Of a stretch of 56,306 nt of DNA, positions 29,786 to 38,873 are shown in pieces. The stretch comes from Dehalococcoidales bacterium. Lineage in GTDB: Bacteria > Chloroflexota > Dehalococcoidia > Dehalococcoidales > UBA2162. The notes under the pieces were generated by a model. It did no database searches, had not been told where the DNA came from, and saw only the letters and a program-made list of their open reading frames with translations. Every line of letters starts with the position of its first letter. Positions within the stretch are counted from its first letter, which is position 1. The stretch is from NCBI GenBank assembly GCA_037440885.1, contig JBBITI010000019.1, positions 1 through 56,306 on the forward strand, given 5' to 3'. A program made the position numbers and the translations under genes.

Positions 29786-30725
29786 CGTTCTTCTCCTGGA
29801 CGTCTTCTTCGCTGGTTGTGAGTTTCAGGAAAATATCCTCGAGGCTCATCTCGACCGACTCCGAAGATAGCAACGTAAAGCCGCCCTTAACTATAGTTTC
29901 ACTGATTTTACTGCGCAGGTCCTGGTCAGCCGGATACTCAACAATATAACGTGTATCTCGATAAATAACCCGGGTAACCCCCTTGATCGAACGCAGCAGT
30001 TCCGATACCTTCTTGGTCGGCCCTTCGACTTCAAGGCGAACCTGTTTCGTCCCGGTAACCATTGCCGCCAGATTTTCGATGCGGTCCTCAGCTACTATCT
30101 TACCGTGGTCGATAATAATAACCCGTTCGCAAATTACGCTGACCTCGGGAAGTATATGAGTGGAAATCAACACCGTTCTTTCTTTACCAAGTTCGCGGAT
30201 CAGTTGCCTCGTGGACGCAATCTGGATGGGATCGATGCCGATAGTCGGTTCGTCCAGTATCAACACTTCCGGTTGATGGATAATTGCCTGGGCAATCCCT
30301 ACCCGTTGTCGAAAACCCTTAGAGAGATTCCCGATCAGTACATCAGTATATTCACTCAGGTGGCATTGCTCGATGACGTCTGCGACTCTTAATTTCAAAT
30401 TCCGTCTTGCAATGCCGCGTATCAGACCCATGTATTCGAGGTATGCTTTGATCGTCATATCTGTATATAGAGGAACCGCTTCGGGAAGATAACCGATGTG
30501 CCGGCGAGCTTCCAGGGATTTACTCAAGACGTCAAAACCGGCAATCTTGACCTGGCCTAGCGTAGGGGATAAGTAGCCGGTTAAGATACGCATGGTCGTA
30601 GTTTTGCCTGCCGCATTCGGCCCCAGGAAACCAACAATCTCCCCTTTGTCAACCTTGAAGCTGATGTTGTCGACCGCAAGCCGCTTCCCGTAATATTTTG
30701 TTAGATTCTGGACTTCAATCATCAT
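29778..30725 (-). CDS. ABC transporter ATP-binding protein (GldA-like)
   Basis: 315 aa. Walker A GPNAAGKTT, signature LSKGFRQR, and Walker B LILDEP. Confidence 0.9.
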   Translation of the reverse strand: MMIEVQNLTKYYGKRLAVDNISFKVDKGEIVGFLGPNAAGKTTTMRILTGYLSPTLGQVKIAGFDVLSKSLEARRHIGYLPEAVPLYTDMTIKAYLEYMGLIRGIARRNLKLRVADVIEQCHLSEYTDVLIGNLSKGFRQRVGIAQAIIHQPEVLILDEPTIGIDPIQIASTRQLIRELGKERTVLISTHILPEVSVICERVIIIDHGKIVAEDRIENLAAMVTGTKQVRLEVEGPTKKVSELLRSIKGVTRVIYRDTRYIVEYPADQDLRSKISETIVKGGFTLLSSESVEMSLEDIFLKLTTSEEDVQEKNDE

Positions 30726-31735
30726 TAACCGCCACTGGTTCGATTCGCTGCAGAATTTAATTTGGTGAGCTGCCAGTTAAGCCAGGCATCGATTTTCGAA
30801 TTATATTTCCACTTGACTTCATGGGTTTTGGTTTCGTCAACGAGCCATTTTTCATATGTTCGGTTCTGAAATTCGGAAATGTAGCGATCCGCAACCGGGC
30901 GCTGTGCTATTTCCTTAACCAGCAATACATAATAGGCCATAGGTTCAGTTGCTGCACCCTCGACTACCGCGAGAACTTCGGCTGGCTTACCGACCTCCCA
31001 CATAAATGGATCGTTATTATAAATATAAACCCCTTTGGGAATCCAGTCCAATTCACCACCTTGCTCGCGAGTCGCTTCGTCAATCGACAACTCGCGTGCA
31101 AGTTTTCCGAAATCTTCCCCGGCATCGGCACGCTCTTTTACTTTCAAAGCATCGTCATAAGTGGCCGTGAAGATAGCGTATACATGAGCATGATCAACAG
31201 CATCGGGAATCGTTGAAGTCACATATTTCCGAAACTGGATATCTCTTAATACCGCCGCAATCAAACCACGGTAAAAACCGCTGGTGACCCTTTTTTCATT
31301 CAATAACTGGCGATACCATTCGTTATATTCGACATCGGAGATTGTCTCATTTTCACTTCCGGAAGCCTGGATTCTTAAATAATCGTCAATATCCTTAGAT
31401 GTCACCGCGATGCCGTATTTCTTTTCTGACAATTTCAGGATCTCTTCATTAGTCAAATTTTGTATCGTAGAAAGCCCTCCGGAACCGGCCAGTCTCGCTC
31501 GGTCCACAAAATAGCGCATTCGAATCGTCGGCACACCGTCAATAGTAATAACCACCGTCTGATACGGCGCATAATACTGCTGATAGTAAGCGATTCCAAC
31601 TAATACCAGTGCAGCAACTATTACTACAGCAGATATGATGTAGGGTAATTGCCTGACGATTTTTTTTGATTTCCTGGACCTGACCGGAGAAGGGACCGAC
31701 TCTTTTTTTTCTGTCTTCTTTATGAAACGGGGCAT
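30725..31735 (-). CDS. Membrane-anchored parvulin-type peptidyl-prolyl isomerase (SurA/PpiC-like)
   Basis: 336 aa. N-terminal TM anchor and a C-terminal PpiC-like motif (ELSIDEATREQGGELDWIPKG). The stop overlaps the ABC ATPase start by 1 nt. Confidence 0.7.
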   Translation of the reverse strand: MPRFIKKTEKKESVPSPVRSRKSKKIVRQLPYIISAVVIVAALVLVGIAYYQQYYAPYQTVVITIDGVPTIRMRYFVDRARLAGSGGLSTIQNLTNEEILKLSEKKYGIAVTSKDIDDYLRIQASGSENETISDVEYNEWYRQLLNEKRVTSGFYRGLIAAVLRDIQFRKYVTSTIPDAVDHAHVYAIFTATYDDALKVKERADAGEDFGKLARELSIDEATREQGGELDWIPKGVYIYNNDPFMWEVGKPAEVLAVVEGAATEPMAYYVLLVKEIAQRPVADRYISEFQNRTYEKWLVDETKTHEVKWKYNSKIDAWLNWQLTKLNSAANRTSGG

Positions 31736-31840
31736 ATCCTATCCAACTACTATACTCTATATATTGTCATTGTATTACTTTGTGTCATTCCGATCAAAAA
31801 TTGAACAGGTTGGTTTACTGATACAACACCAATATATAAA

Positions 31841-31888
31841 TTGACGCGGCCCACTCCTCGTACAGGTTTCAGGTGGATACCGCGTCAA
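31841..31888 (-). terminator. Imperfect hairpin downstream of oppF (possible terminator)
   Basis: 9-bp outer stem TTGACGCGG/CCGCGTCAA enclosing a second CCAC/GTGG stem. The minus-strand tail is only moderately T-rich (ATTTATATATT). Confidence 0.35.
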
Positions 31889-31902
31889 AATCAAACTAAA
31901 TA

Positions 31903-32895
31903 TTATCCGCGATCGACACGATGACAGGCTACCCAGTGCTCACCGCCCACATCTTTCAATTCAGGAGTTTGTTCCCGGCAAATATCGCTGGCCAGATGAC
32001 ACCTCGGATTGAAGTGACAACCTTTTGGAGGATTTACCGGACTGGGAACATCTCCTGTGAGCAATATGCGTTTGCGTAGACGGTCAACCTGGGGTGACGG
32101 GATCGGTACGGCAGACAGCAACGCTTGCGTATAAGGATGAAGCGGACGTTCATAAATCTCGTCGCTACTGGTAATTTCCATCACTTTTCCCAGGTACATC
32201 ACGCCGACGCGATCGCTGATATGGCGGACTACCGAAAGGTCATGAGCAATAAACAAATAAGTAAGGTTCAATTCCTCTCTTAATCTCATCAGCAGTTTAA
32301 TGATCTGTGCCTGGATTGACACGTCAAGAGCGGATACCGGTTCATCGCAAACAATAAACTTCGGCCGTACAGCTAAAGCACGAGCGATCCCCAGGCGCTG
32401 CCGCTGGCCGCCGCTGAACTCGTGAGGATAGCGGACCGACATGCGCGGTTCAAGTTCAACCATTCTGAGCAATTCCGCTACCTGATTGGCATAATCATTC
32501 TTGCTTACCAGATTGTGGACGATCAGCGGTTCACCAATAATATCACCCGCAGTCATTCTCGGATCAAGTGAGGCATAGGGGTCCTGAAAGATAAGCTGCA
32601 TATTACGGCGCGCCCGTCTCAACTGCTCGCCTTTAAGCTTTGTAAGTTCGACACCTTCGAAGCTTACCTTACCGGCGGTTACTTTATACAACTGGAGGAT
32701 ACAGCGCCCCGTAGTGGTTTTGCCACATCCGCTTTCACCTACCAGTCCCAGCGTCTCGCCTCTCTTGATATGGAAACTGATATCATCTACTGCTTTTACA
32801 TCAGCTATCCTCTGACGCATAACCCCGGCCAACACCGGGAAGTACATCTTTAGGTTCTGGACATTTATTAAGATTCCATCGCTCTGCGCCATCAC
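31903..32895 (-). CDS. oppF: Oligopeptide/dipeptide ABC transporter ATP-binding protein
   Basis: 330 aa. GESGCGKTT, FSGGQRQR, and IVCDEPVSALD, plus the C-terminal oligopeptide-transporter extension with Cys residues. Confidence 0.9.
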   Translation of the reverse strand: MMAQSDGILINVQNLKMYFPVLAGVMRQRIADVKAVDDISFHIKRGETLGLVGESGCGKTTTGRCILQLYKVTAGKVSFEGVELTKLKGEQLRRARRNMQLIFQDPYASLDPRMTAGDIIGEPLIVHNLVSKNDYANQVAELLRMVELEPRMSVRYPHEFSGGQRQRLGIARALAVRPKFIVCDEPVSALDVSIQAQIIKLLMRLREELNLTYLFIAHDLSVVRHISDRVGVMYLGKVMEITSSDEIYERPLHPYTQALLSAVPIPSPQVDRLRKRILLTGDVPSPVNPPKGCHFNPRCHLASDICREQTPELKDVGGEHWVACHRVDRG

Positions 32896-33893
32896 CTGGC
32901 CTCCACTAATTGTCGTACTTCATTCATTCTGAAACAGGCTGAAAGATGTTCTTTCCCTACGACCTCAAGCTCCGGACGCTGTTCCCGACACTTGGCAACA
33001 GCGATCTTACAGCGCGGGCTGAAGGGGCACATGTTCTTGGTCAGTCTTGCCAGGTTCGGCGGAAGCCCTTCGATAACACTTAGATCTCGTTTTCTAGGCA
33101 GGTCAAGCCGGGGAACAGAAGCGATCAGACCCACCGTGTAAGGATGCTTAGGATTATTATAAATTTCGTCTGTTGGTCCGGTTTCCATCAAGCGGCCGGC
33201 ATACATGACATTCACGCTATCGGCATAACGGGCGACGACACCCAGATTATGCGTGATAATGATCACCGCAGTACCAAACTGGGTCCTCAGGTTATTAATG
33301 ACTTCTAGCAACTGGGCTTGTACGGTAACATCCACTGAAGTCGTCGGTTCATCGGCGATCAGTAGTCCGGGGTTACAGCTCAATGCCATAGCAATCATGA
33401 TACGTTGCTGCATACCACCGCTGAATTGATGCGGGTAATCATTTATCCTTCTTTCGGAGTCCGGAATACCAACCAGTTTAAGCAGTTTCGCCGCCTCATC
33501 GCCGGCCGATTTCTTGTCGATCCCCCGGTGAAGCTCCAAAGCTTCGGATAACTGCCGGCTGACAGTTAAGACCGGATTCAGAGAAGTGGTTGGTTCTTGA
33601 AAGACCATGGCGATACGGTTTCCCCGCACCTGTCTGATTTCTTCTTCGCTGACTTTAAGCAGGTCTTTCCCTTCGAAGAAGACTTCGCCACCAACAATAA
33701 TACCCGGAGGATATGGGATAAGACGCATTACTGATAAAGCGCTTACACTTTTCCCGCATGCACTTTCTCCGACCAGGGCAACACATTCTCCTTTCTCAAC
33801 CTGGTACGTTAACCCATCGACGGCTCTTAGTTCACCGTCCTGTACATAAAAGTATGTTCTTAAATTCCTGACGTCTAGAATTGTCTCTGCGAT
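32892..33893 (-). CDS. oppD: Oligopeptide/dipeptide ABC transporter ATP-binding protein, apparently with a non-canonical (ATC) start
   Basis: The track ORF (start 33728) begins after the Walker A. The frame stays open to 33899 and encodes IAETILDVRNLRTYFYVQDGELRAVDGLTYQVEKGECVALVGESACGKS. The only plausible starts are ATC 33893 (7 nt after GAGGTG) or ATT 33881. Confidence 0.85.
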   Translation of the reverse strand: MAETILDVRNLRTYFYVQDGELRAVDGLTYQVEKGECVALVGESACGKSVSALSVMRLIPYPPGIIVGGEVFFEGKDLLKVSEEEIRQVRGNRIAMVFQEPTTSLNPVLTVSRQLSEALELHRGIDKKSAGDEAAKLLKLVGIPDSERRINDYPHQFSGGMQQRIMIAMALSCNPGLLIADEPTTSVDVTVQAQLLEVINNLRTQFGTAVIIITHNLGVVARYADSVNVMYAGRLMETGPTDEIYNNPKHPYTVGLIASVPRLDLPRKRDLSVIEGLPPNLARLTKNMCPFSPRCKIAVAKCREQRPELEVVGKEHLSACFRMNEVRQLVEAR

Positions 33894-34297
33894 GGTCGTT
33901 CACCTCACTTTAATCAGGCTATCCAGCAATCCGCGATGTATTTTACCCCCCGCTTGTCGATCGGTCAACTCAAGGTTTAAATATACAGGCTTCGCCAGTT
34001 AGCCATTAGTTCCCGTTATTAATTCTGAGTATTTCTAAAATAACAGATTGAACTTAAGACTATCGATAAATCGTTAACTTCTTGTTATCTTATCAAACTC
34101 TAACCGGAAAAAATGATGTCCCGGAGGCACCTTTCGATTCGCACCGGTAACTCTCTTTTTGCGAATCTGTAAAATATCACGCACCTTATAACATAATCAA
34201 TCCGTTCTTGTCAAGATTAAAAAGACAATCAATGCTATAATCCAGTATAGGATCGAAGCTTAAATTAACGGTACATTGTAATGAGGCTCATGTAAAT

Positions 34298-36778
34298 TTG
34301 GAGACCAGTTCCGGCCAAAACGCCAGAAAAACGATACAGCTTCCCATCACCGGCATGACCTGCGCCACCTGTGCCGTGACGGTTGCAAAAGGACTGGCAG
34401 AGACACCGGGAGTCTCACGCAGCGATGTGAATTTCGCCAGTGAAAAAGCTACCGTGGAATTCGATCCTAGTAAAGTCGATCTGGCCAAATTAAAAAGCGC
34501 CGTTACCGAGCTGGGTTACAGGCTCGCCACCCGGAAATCGACTTTCCCGGTGATCGGTATGACCTGCGCCAGTTGCGTTGCCCGGGTAGAAAAAACCCTT
34601 GCTGAAGTTCCCGGAGTAGTTTCGGTTGCGGTGAACCTTGCCTCGGAAAAAGCTACCGTCGAATATCTCGAAACCACGTCTATCGCTGAACTGCGACGCG
34701 CAGTGAGAGGTACCGGTTACGACATCGGTCCTGAAACAGCGCTACAGGCAGATCTGTCTACAGCGACCCGGCGAGAGATGAATCAACTCACAGTCCGCTT
34801 TATTGTTTCGGCTGTTACTGCTGCCGTCATCATGGTCATCAATTTTTTACCAGCTTTCGCCGGCAGTACCATCATCCAGTGGGCGCTGGCTACTCCGGTG
34901 CAATTCTGGGCCGGTTCAAGATTTTACCGGGGGATGTGGGGCACTCTGAAACACGGCACGGCGGACATGAATACGCTGGTTGCAGTCGGAACATCGGCTG
35001 CCTATTTCTACAGCGTGATAGCAATCCTTTTTCCCGGATTGTTTACTTCCAGCGGATTGATGACCCATCTGTATTTCGATACTTCCGCTACGATAATCGC
35101 CTTGATACTGCTGGGACGTTTCCTGGAAGCCCGGGCTCGTGGACAGACTTCTGCCGCCATCAGGAAACTAATCGGCCTGCGCCCGGCTACTGCCCGGATC
35201 ATCCGTGACGCTAAAGAAGTGGAAATTCCGGTCGAGGATGTGCAAGAGGGTGATATCCTGATCGTGCGGCCTGGTGAAAAAATCCCGGTTGACGGAATCA
35301 TCCGCCAGGGATACTCCAGTATCGACGAATCAATGATCACCGGAGAAAGTCTGCCCGTGGAAAAAAATGTGGGCCAGCAGGTTATCGGCGCGACAATAAA
35401 TAAAACAGGCAGTTTCCAGTTCGAAGCCACCAAAGTGGGCAAGGATACCATGCTTTCCCAGATTATCCGGCTGGTCGAAGAAGCCCAGGGGAGTAAAGCG
35501 CAGATCCAGCGATTAGCCGATGTGATTGCCAGTTATTTCGTACCGGTCGTTATCAGTATCGCTGTAATCACCTTCGTGATCTGGTACTTCATCGGTCCTC
35601 AACCATCATTAACTTATGCCCTGTTAAATTTTATCGCTGTCCTGATAATCGCCTGCCCTTGCGCCCTGGGACTGGCAACTCCTACAGCAATCATGGTCGG
35701 TACCGGAAAAGCAGCGGAATACGGAATATTGATAAAAAGCGCAGAAACTCTGGAAAAAGCCCACCGTATCAATACTATCCTCATTGACAAGACCGGAACC
35801 CTCACCAAAGGTCAGCCTGAAGTGACTGATATTGTTACCACCATCCCTTACCGTACCGAGGAACTCCTCACACTGGCTGCTTCCGCAGAATATAAATCCG
35901 AACACCCGCTGGGCGAAGCGATTGTCCGGGCAGCCGAAGCAAAAGGTATAACACTTTTGGCTGCAGAGAATTTTGAGGCATTACCCGGACAGGGAGTACA
36001 AGCCGTAATTGCAGGTAAAAAGGTGATACTCGGTAACCTTAACCTCATGCAACAATTCGGAGTCGCGTTAAACGAGGTACAGGATCAAGCTGAAAACCTC
36101 TGGGCACAAGGCCGGACAACGATGTTTATCGGAATTGACGGTAGAGTTGCGGGCATCATTGCTGTTGCCGATAAAATCAAACCGGAAGCTCCAGAAGCCG
36201 TTGCCGCCTTGCATCGGATGGGAATCGAGGTAGGTATAATAACCGGAGACAATTCCCGGGTAGCCGCGACTATCGCCGCTGAGGTCGGTATCGAGCGCGT
36301 CTTCGCAGAGATATCGCCCGAGAAAAAAGCAGCAGAGGTGAAAAAACTACAGGGCGATGGTAAAGTGGTCGCCATGGCTGGAGATGGTATTAACGATGCA
36401 CCGGCTCTGGCTCAGGCAGATATCGGGATTGCTATCGGTACCGGAACTGATGTTGCTATCGAAACCGCTGACATCACTCTTGTCCGTGGTGATTTGAACG
36501 GTATTGCTGCGGCAGTATCTCTGAGTAAACGCACCATGACGACGATCAGGCAAAACCTTTTCTGGGCTTTCGCCTATAACGTGATTCTTATTCCAGTCGC
36601 TGCGGGCATACTGTATTTTATTTTCAGTCATGGCGTACCTTCAGGAGCACGTTTTATACTGGGAGAACATGGTTTTCTCAATCCAATGCTGGCTGCCGCG
36701 GCCATGGCTGCCAGTTCATTAACCGTAGTCGGCAATTCACTCAGATTAAGAAGATTCAAACCCCAAACCATATATTAA
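34298..36778 (+). CDS. copA: Copper-translocating P1B-type ATPase
   Basis: 826 aa, TTG start. Two HMA domains ([18 protein letters not shown]), CPC motif ([11 protein letters not shown]), DKTGTLT, and GDGINDAP. Confidence 0.95.
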   Translation: METSSGQNARKTIQLPITGMTCATCAVTVAKGLAETPGVSRSDVNFASEKATVEFDPSKVDLAKLKSAVTELGYRLATRKSTFPVIGMTCASCVARVEKTLAEVPGVVSVAVNLASEKATVEYLETTSIAELRRAVRGTGYDIGPETALQADLSTATRREMNQLTVRFIVSAVTAAVIMVINFLPAFAGSTIIQWALATPVQFWAGSRFYRGMWGTLKHGTADMNTLVAVGTSAAYFYSVIAILFPGLFTSSGLMTHLYFDTSATIIALILLGRFLEARARGQTSAAIRKLIGLRPATARIIRDAKEVEIPVEDVQEGDILIVRPGEKIPVDGIIRQGYSSIDESMITGESLPVEKNVGQQVIGATINKTGSFQFEATKVGKDTMLSQIIRLVEEAQGSKAQIQRLADVIASYFVPVVISIAVITFVIWYFIGPQPSLTYALLNFIAVLIIACPCALGLATPTAIMVGTGKAAEYGILIKSAETLEKAHRINTILIDKTGTLTKGQPEVTDIVTTIPYRTEELLTLAASAEYKSEHPLGEAIVRAAEAKGITLLAAENFEALPGQGVQAVIAGKKVILGNLNLMQQFGVALNEVQDQAENLWAQGRTTMFIGIDGRVAGIIAVADKIKPEAPEAVAALHRMGIEVGIITGDNSRVAATIAAEVGIERVFAEISPEKKAAEVKKLQGDGKVVAMAGDGINDAPALAQADIGIAIGTGTDVAIETADITLVRGDLNGIAAAVSLSKRTMTTIRQNLFWAFAYNVILIPVAAGILYFIFSHGVPSGARFILGEHGFLNPMLAAAAMAASSLTVVGNSLRLRRFKPQTIY

Positions 36779-36796
36779 CAGAGTGAGGTAAAGGTT

Positions 36797-36958
36797 ATGA
36801 AAATCGATCCGGTTTGTAAAATGGAAGTAAACGAAAAAAATCCTCCCGCCACATCAGAATATAAAGGCAAGAAGTATTACTTCTGTGCCGTGGGCTGTAA
36901 ACGGGCTTTCGACAAAGCGCCGGAGAAATATATCGGCAGTATCGAACCTAAAAAATAA
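36797..36958 (+). CDS. YHS-domain (TRASH-like metal-binding) protein
   Basis: 53 aa, so below the track cutoff: MKIDPVCKMEVNEKNPPATSEYKGKKYYFCAVGCKRAFDKAPEKYIGSIEPKK. RBS GAGGTAAAGG. Starts 18 nt after the copA stop. Confidence 0.8.
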   Translation: MKIDPVCKMEVNEKNPPATSEYKGKKYYFCAVGCKRAFDKAPEKYIGSIEPKK

Positions 36959-37022
36959 ACTGGCCGCCGGATGGTTGTGTTATAGATAAAACGTTTGTTA
37001 CTTTAACACCACCGGCAGCCAG
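36950..37022 (-). terminator. Long imperfect hairpin + T-tract, candidate terminator of the glutaredoxin-like gene
   Basis: Arms CTGGCCGCCGGATGGTTGTGTTA / TAACACCACCGGCAGCCAG (about 19 bp, two mismatches and one bulge). Followed on the minus strand by GTTTATTTTT. Confidence 0.4.
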
Positions 37023-37078
37023 AATTACCAGTGCTCTACTGGCTTAAGGTTAGAAAAAAAACGGATATCGATTCTCTT

Positions 37079-37324
37079 TCAGGCTAATAACTCATCCAGT
37101 TTCGCTTGATTGAATCCCACGACCACCTTGTCGTCCACAAGGATCACCGGGACCCCCATCTGACCCGATTTCTGGACCAACTCCCGTGCTTTCTCCCGGT
37201 CCCTGGTTACATCGTACTCGGTAAATGCGATCCCTTTTCGCGAAAGATACTCTTTCGCGCGATGGCACCACGGTCAACTATTAGTGGAATAAACAACTAC
37301 CTTTTTTTGCGCGGCTTGGGACAT
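37079..37324 (-). CDS. Glutaredoxin-like (YruB/NrdH-like) protein with in-frame TGA at the first redox Cys: candidate selenoprotein (U-P-W-C)
   Basis: RBS GGAGG, then 5 nt, then ATG. Translation: MSQAAQKKVVVYSTNS-[TGA 37276..37274]-PWCHRAKEYLSRKGIAFTEYDVTRDREKARELVQKSGQMGVPVILVDDKVVVGFNQAKLDELLA, 81 codons. The reading frame continues cleanly through a single TGA. Confidence 0.75.
37239..37259 (-). promoter_or_regulatory. Candidate bacterial SECIS hairpin
   Basis: mRNA CGCGAAAGA-GUA-UCUUUCGCG is a perfect 9-bp stem. It starts 15 nt after the UGA, and the apical G-U lies about 24-25 nt after the UGA. Confidence 0.55.
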
Positions 37325-37456
37325 ACTTACCTCCAAAAGATATTCTGATTAAATTTTAGCAGAAATAGAAGAGCACTGTTGCCGAGACACTGCCAGCCCA
37401 CTGTAAAAATCGCTTCAACCTCTTGTAAATTTTTTCACAATAATGGACAATATTAC

Positions 37457-37485
37457 TTGACAGTTCTCTATTGAAAGACTAGTAT
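37457..37485 (+). promoter_or_regulatory. Candidate sigma-70-type promoter of pilT
   Basis: TTGACA, 17 nt spacer, TAGTAT. Located about 120 nt upstream of the pilT ATG in an AT-rich spacer. Confidence 0.5.
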
Positions 37486-37504
37486 TTGCACAATTCATGA
37501 CATG

Positions 37505-37527
37505 TATTTGACATGACCTGTCAAATA
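37505..37527. promoter_or_regulatory. Perfect 9-bp inverted repeat (candidate operator) in the pilT leader
   Basis: TATTTGACA-tgacc-TGTCAAATA. The TGACATG half-site also repeats directly at about 37497 and 37509. Confidence 0.4.
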
Positions 37528-37603
37528 TCGGGATTTCTTATTAAAATTAAAAGAAATAATGATTTATTAATTTACCGCGAATAACTAATTATAGTGAGGA
37601 TAA

Positions 37604-38665
37604 ATGAACATATTCACTCTCCTGGAAGAAGCAAAAGCGCGGAATGCATCGGATTTACATCTTTCAATAAATGCCCGTCCCCTGTTGCGCATAAATGGCA
37701 CTCTTGAGCCCGTGAATGATTTTCCCCTTTTAAATAAACAGGACATGGCAGAAGCTTTTGCCCAGATTGCCACCACTGAAGAACGCGCCCAATTCAATAA
37801 GGAACTTGAACTCGATTTCGGCTATACATTACCCGACGGCACGCGGTTAAGGTGCAGCGCAGCGCAACAACGTGGGGCGTTAAGCCTGGCAATCCGCCTT
37901 CTACCTCCCCGCATACCGACAATTGATGAACTCGAATTACCCCAAATCTGTAAAGATATTGTGATGAAATTACGCGGACTAATCGTAATATCCGGCCCTA
38001 CCGGCAGCGGAAAAACCACGACCATGGCCGCCATGGTACATCACCTGAACAAAGTAGCTACCCGGCATATCTTTTCGATCGAGGATCCCATCGAATATTT
38101 CCAACCGAATATCGACTCGGTCATCACCCAGCGGGAACTGGGACGGGACACGATGTCATTCCCCCAGGCTTTAAAACATGTCCTACGCCATGATCCGGAT
38201 GTGATTCTGGTTGGCGAAATGCGCGATACCGAAACTGCCGCAGCGGCTTTATCCGTGGCTGAAACCGGCCATCTTATCCTGACCACAAGCCATGCCCCGT
38301 ATGCCCCTCAAGCCATCGAAAGGATTATCGATCTCTTCCCACCGTCGGAACGTTACCTGGCTCAATCCCGGCTCGCTTCTTTGCTCGTTGCCGTCCTGTC
38401 CCAGACTCTGGTTCCACGTGCCGATGGTTCCGGTCGTATTGCGGCGGTCGAAATTCTACTAGGAAATACCGCCGTTCGCAGTTTAATACGTGACGGCAAG
38501 ATTTACCAGCTCAGTAATGCCATGCGCACTTATCATAATCACGGCATGATAACACTGGATGAAGCCCTGGTGAATCTGTATACCAGGCGTATCATCGATG
38601 GCAAAACATTATTCGCATATTGCGCCGACACTGACGAGGTGGAAAAACTTCTCAGTAATCGTTAG
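37604..38665 (+). CDS. pilT: Type IV pilus retraction ATPase PilT family
   Basis: 353 aa. Walker A GPTGSGKTTT, Walker B DPDVILVGEMRD, and GHLILTTSHA (His box). RBS GTGAGGA. Confidence 0.9.
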   Translation: MNIFTLLEEAKARNASDLHLSINARPLLRINGTLEPVNDFPLLNKQDMAEAFAQIATTEERAQFNKELELDFGYTLPDGTRLRCSAAQQRGALSLAIRLLPPRIPTIDELELPQICKDIVMKLRGLIVISGPTGSGKTTTMAAMVHHLNKVATRHIFSIEDPIEYFQPNIDSVITQRELGRDTMSFPQALKHVLRHDPDVILVGEMRDTETAAAALSVAETGHLILTTSHAPYAPQAIERIIDLFPPSERYLAQSRLASLLVAVLSQTLVPRADGSGRIAAVEILLGNTAVRSLIRDGKIYQLSNAMRTYHNHGMITLDEALVNLYTRRIIDGKTLFAYCADTDEVEKLLSNR

Positions 38666-38790
38666 TTTTCTGTATATGACGGACCTCTCAAACGCGTCTT
38701 CGTCTCGTATTAGTTACTAGATTGTTGTTGTTGTCTACAACATAATATCTGTTATTCTAACGACCTACTACTATATCAAAAGACAAAACG

Positions 38791-38817
38791 AAAAGTCTCC
38801 AGATATTGGAGACTTTT
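38791..38817. terminator. Bidirectional intrinsic terminator
   Basis: AAAAGTCTCCA-gatat-TGGAGACTTTT is an 11-bp perfect stem with A/T runs on both sides. It lies between the convergent pilT and the 61-aa gene. Confidence 0.6.
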
Positions 38818-38873
38818 CAATATATCAACACCGGACAATACCGGTTAGATCACTCGTTTTTATGAATTATCGG

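Noticed and set aside
37092-37348. Track ORFs 37092..37277 (minus, 61 aa) and 37106..37348 (plus, 80 aa).
   Set aside because: Both are out of frame with, or antisense to, the glutaredoxin-like reading frame. That frame has an RBS and family-typical sequence. The two track ORFs have low-complexity Gly/Pro/Arg-rich or otherwise uninformative translations and no RBS.
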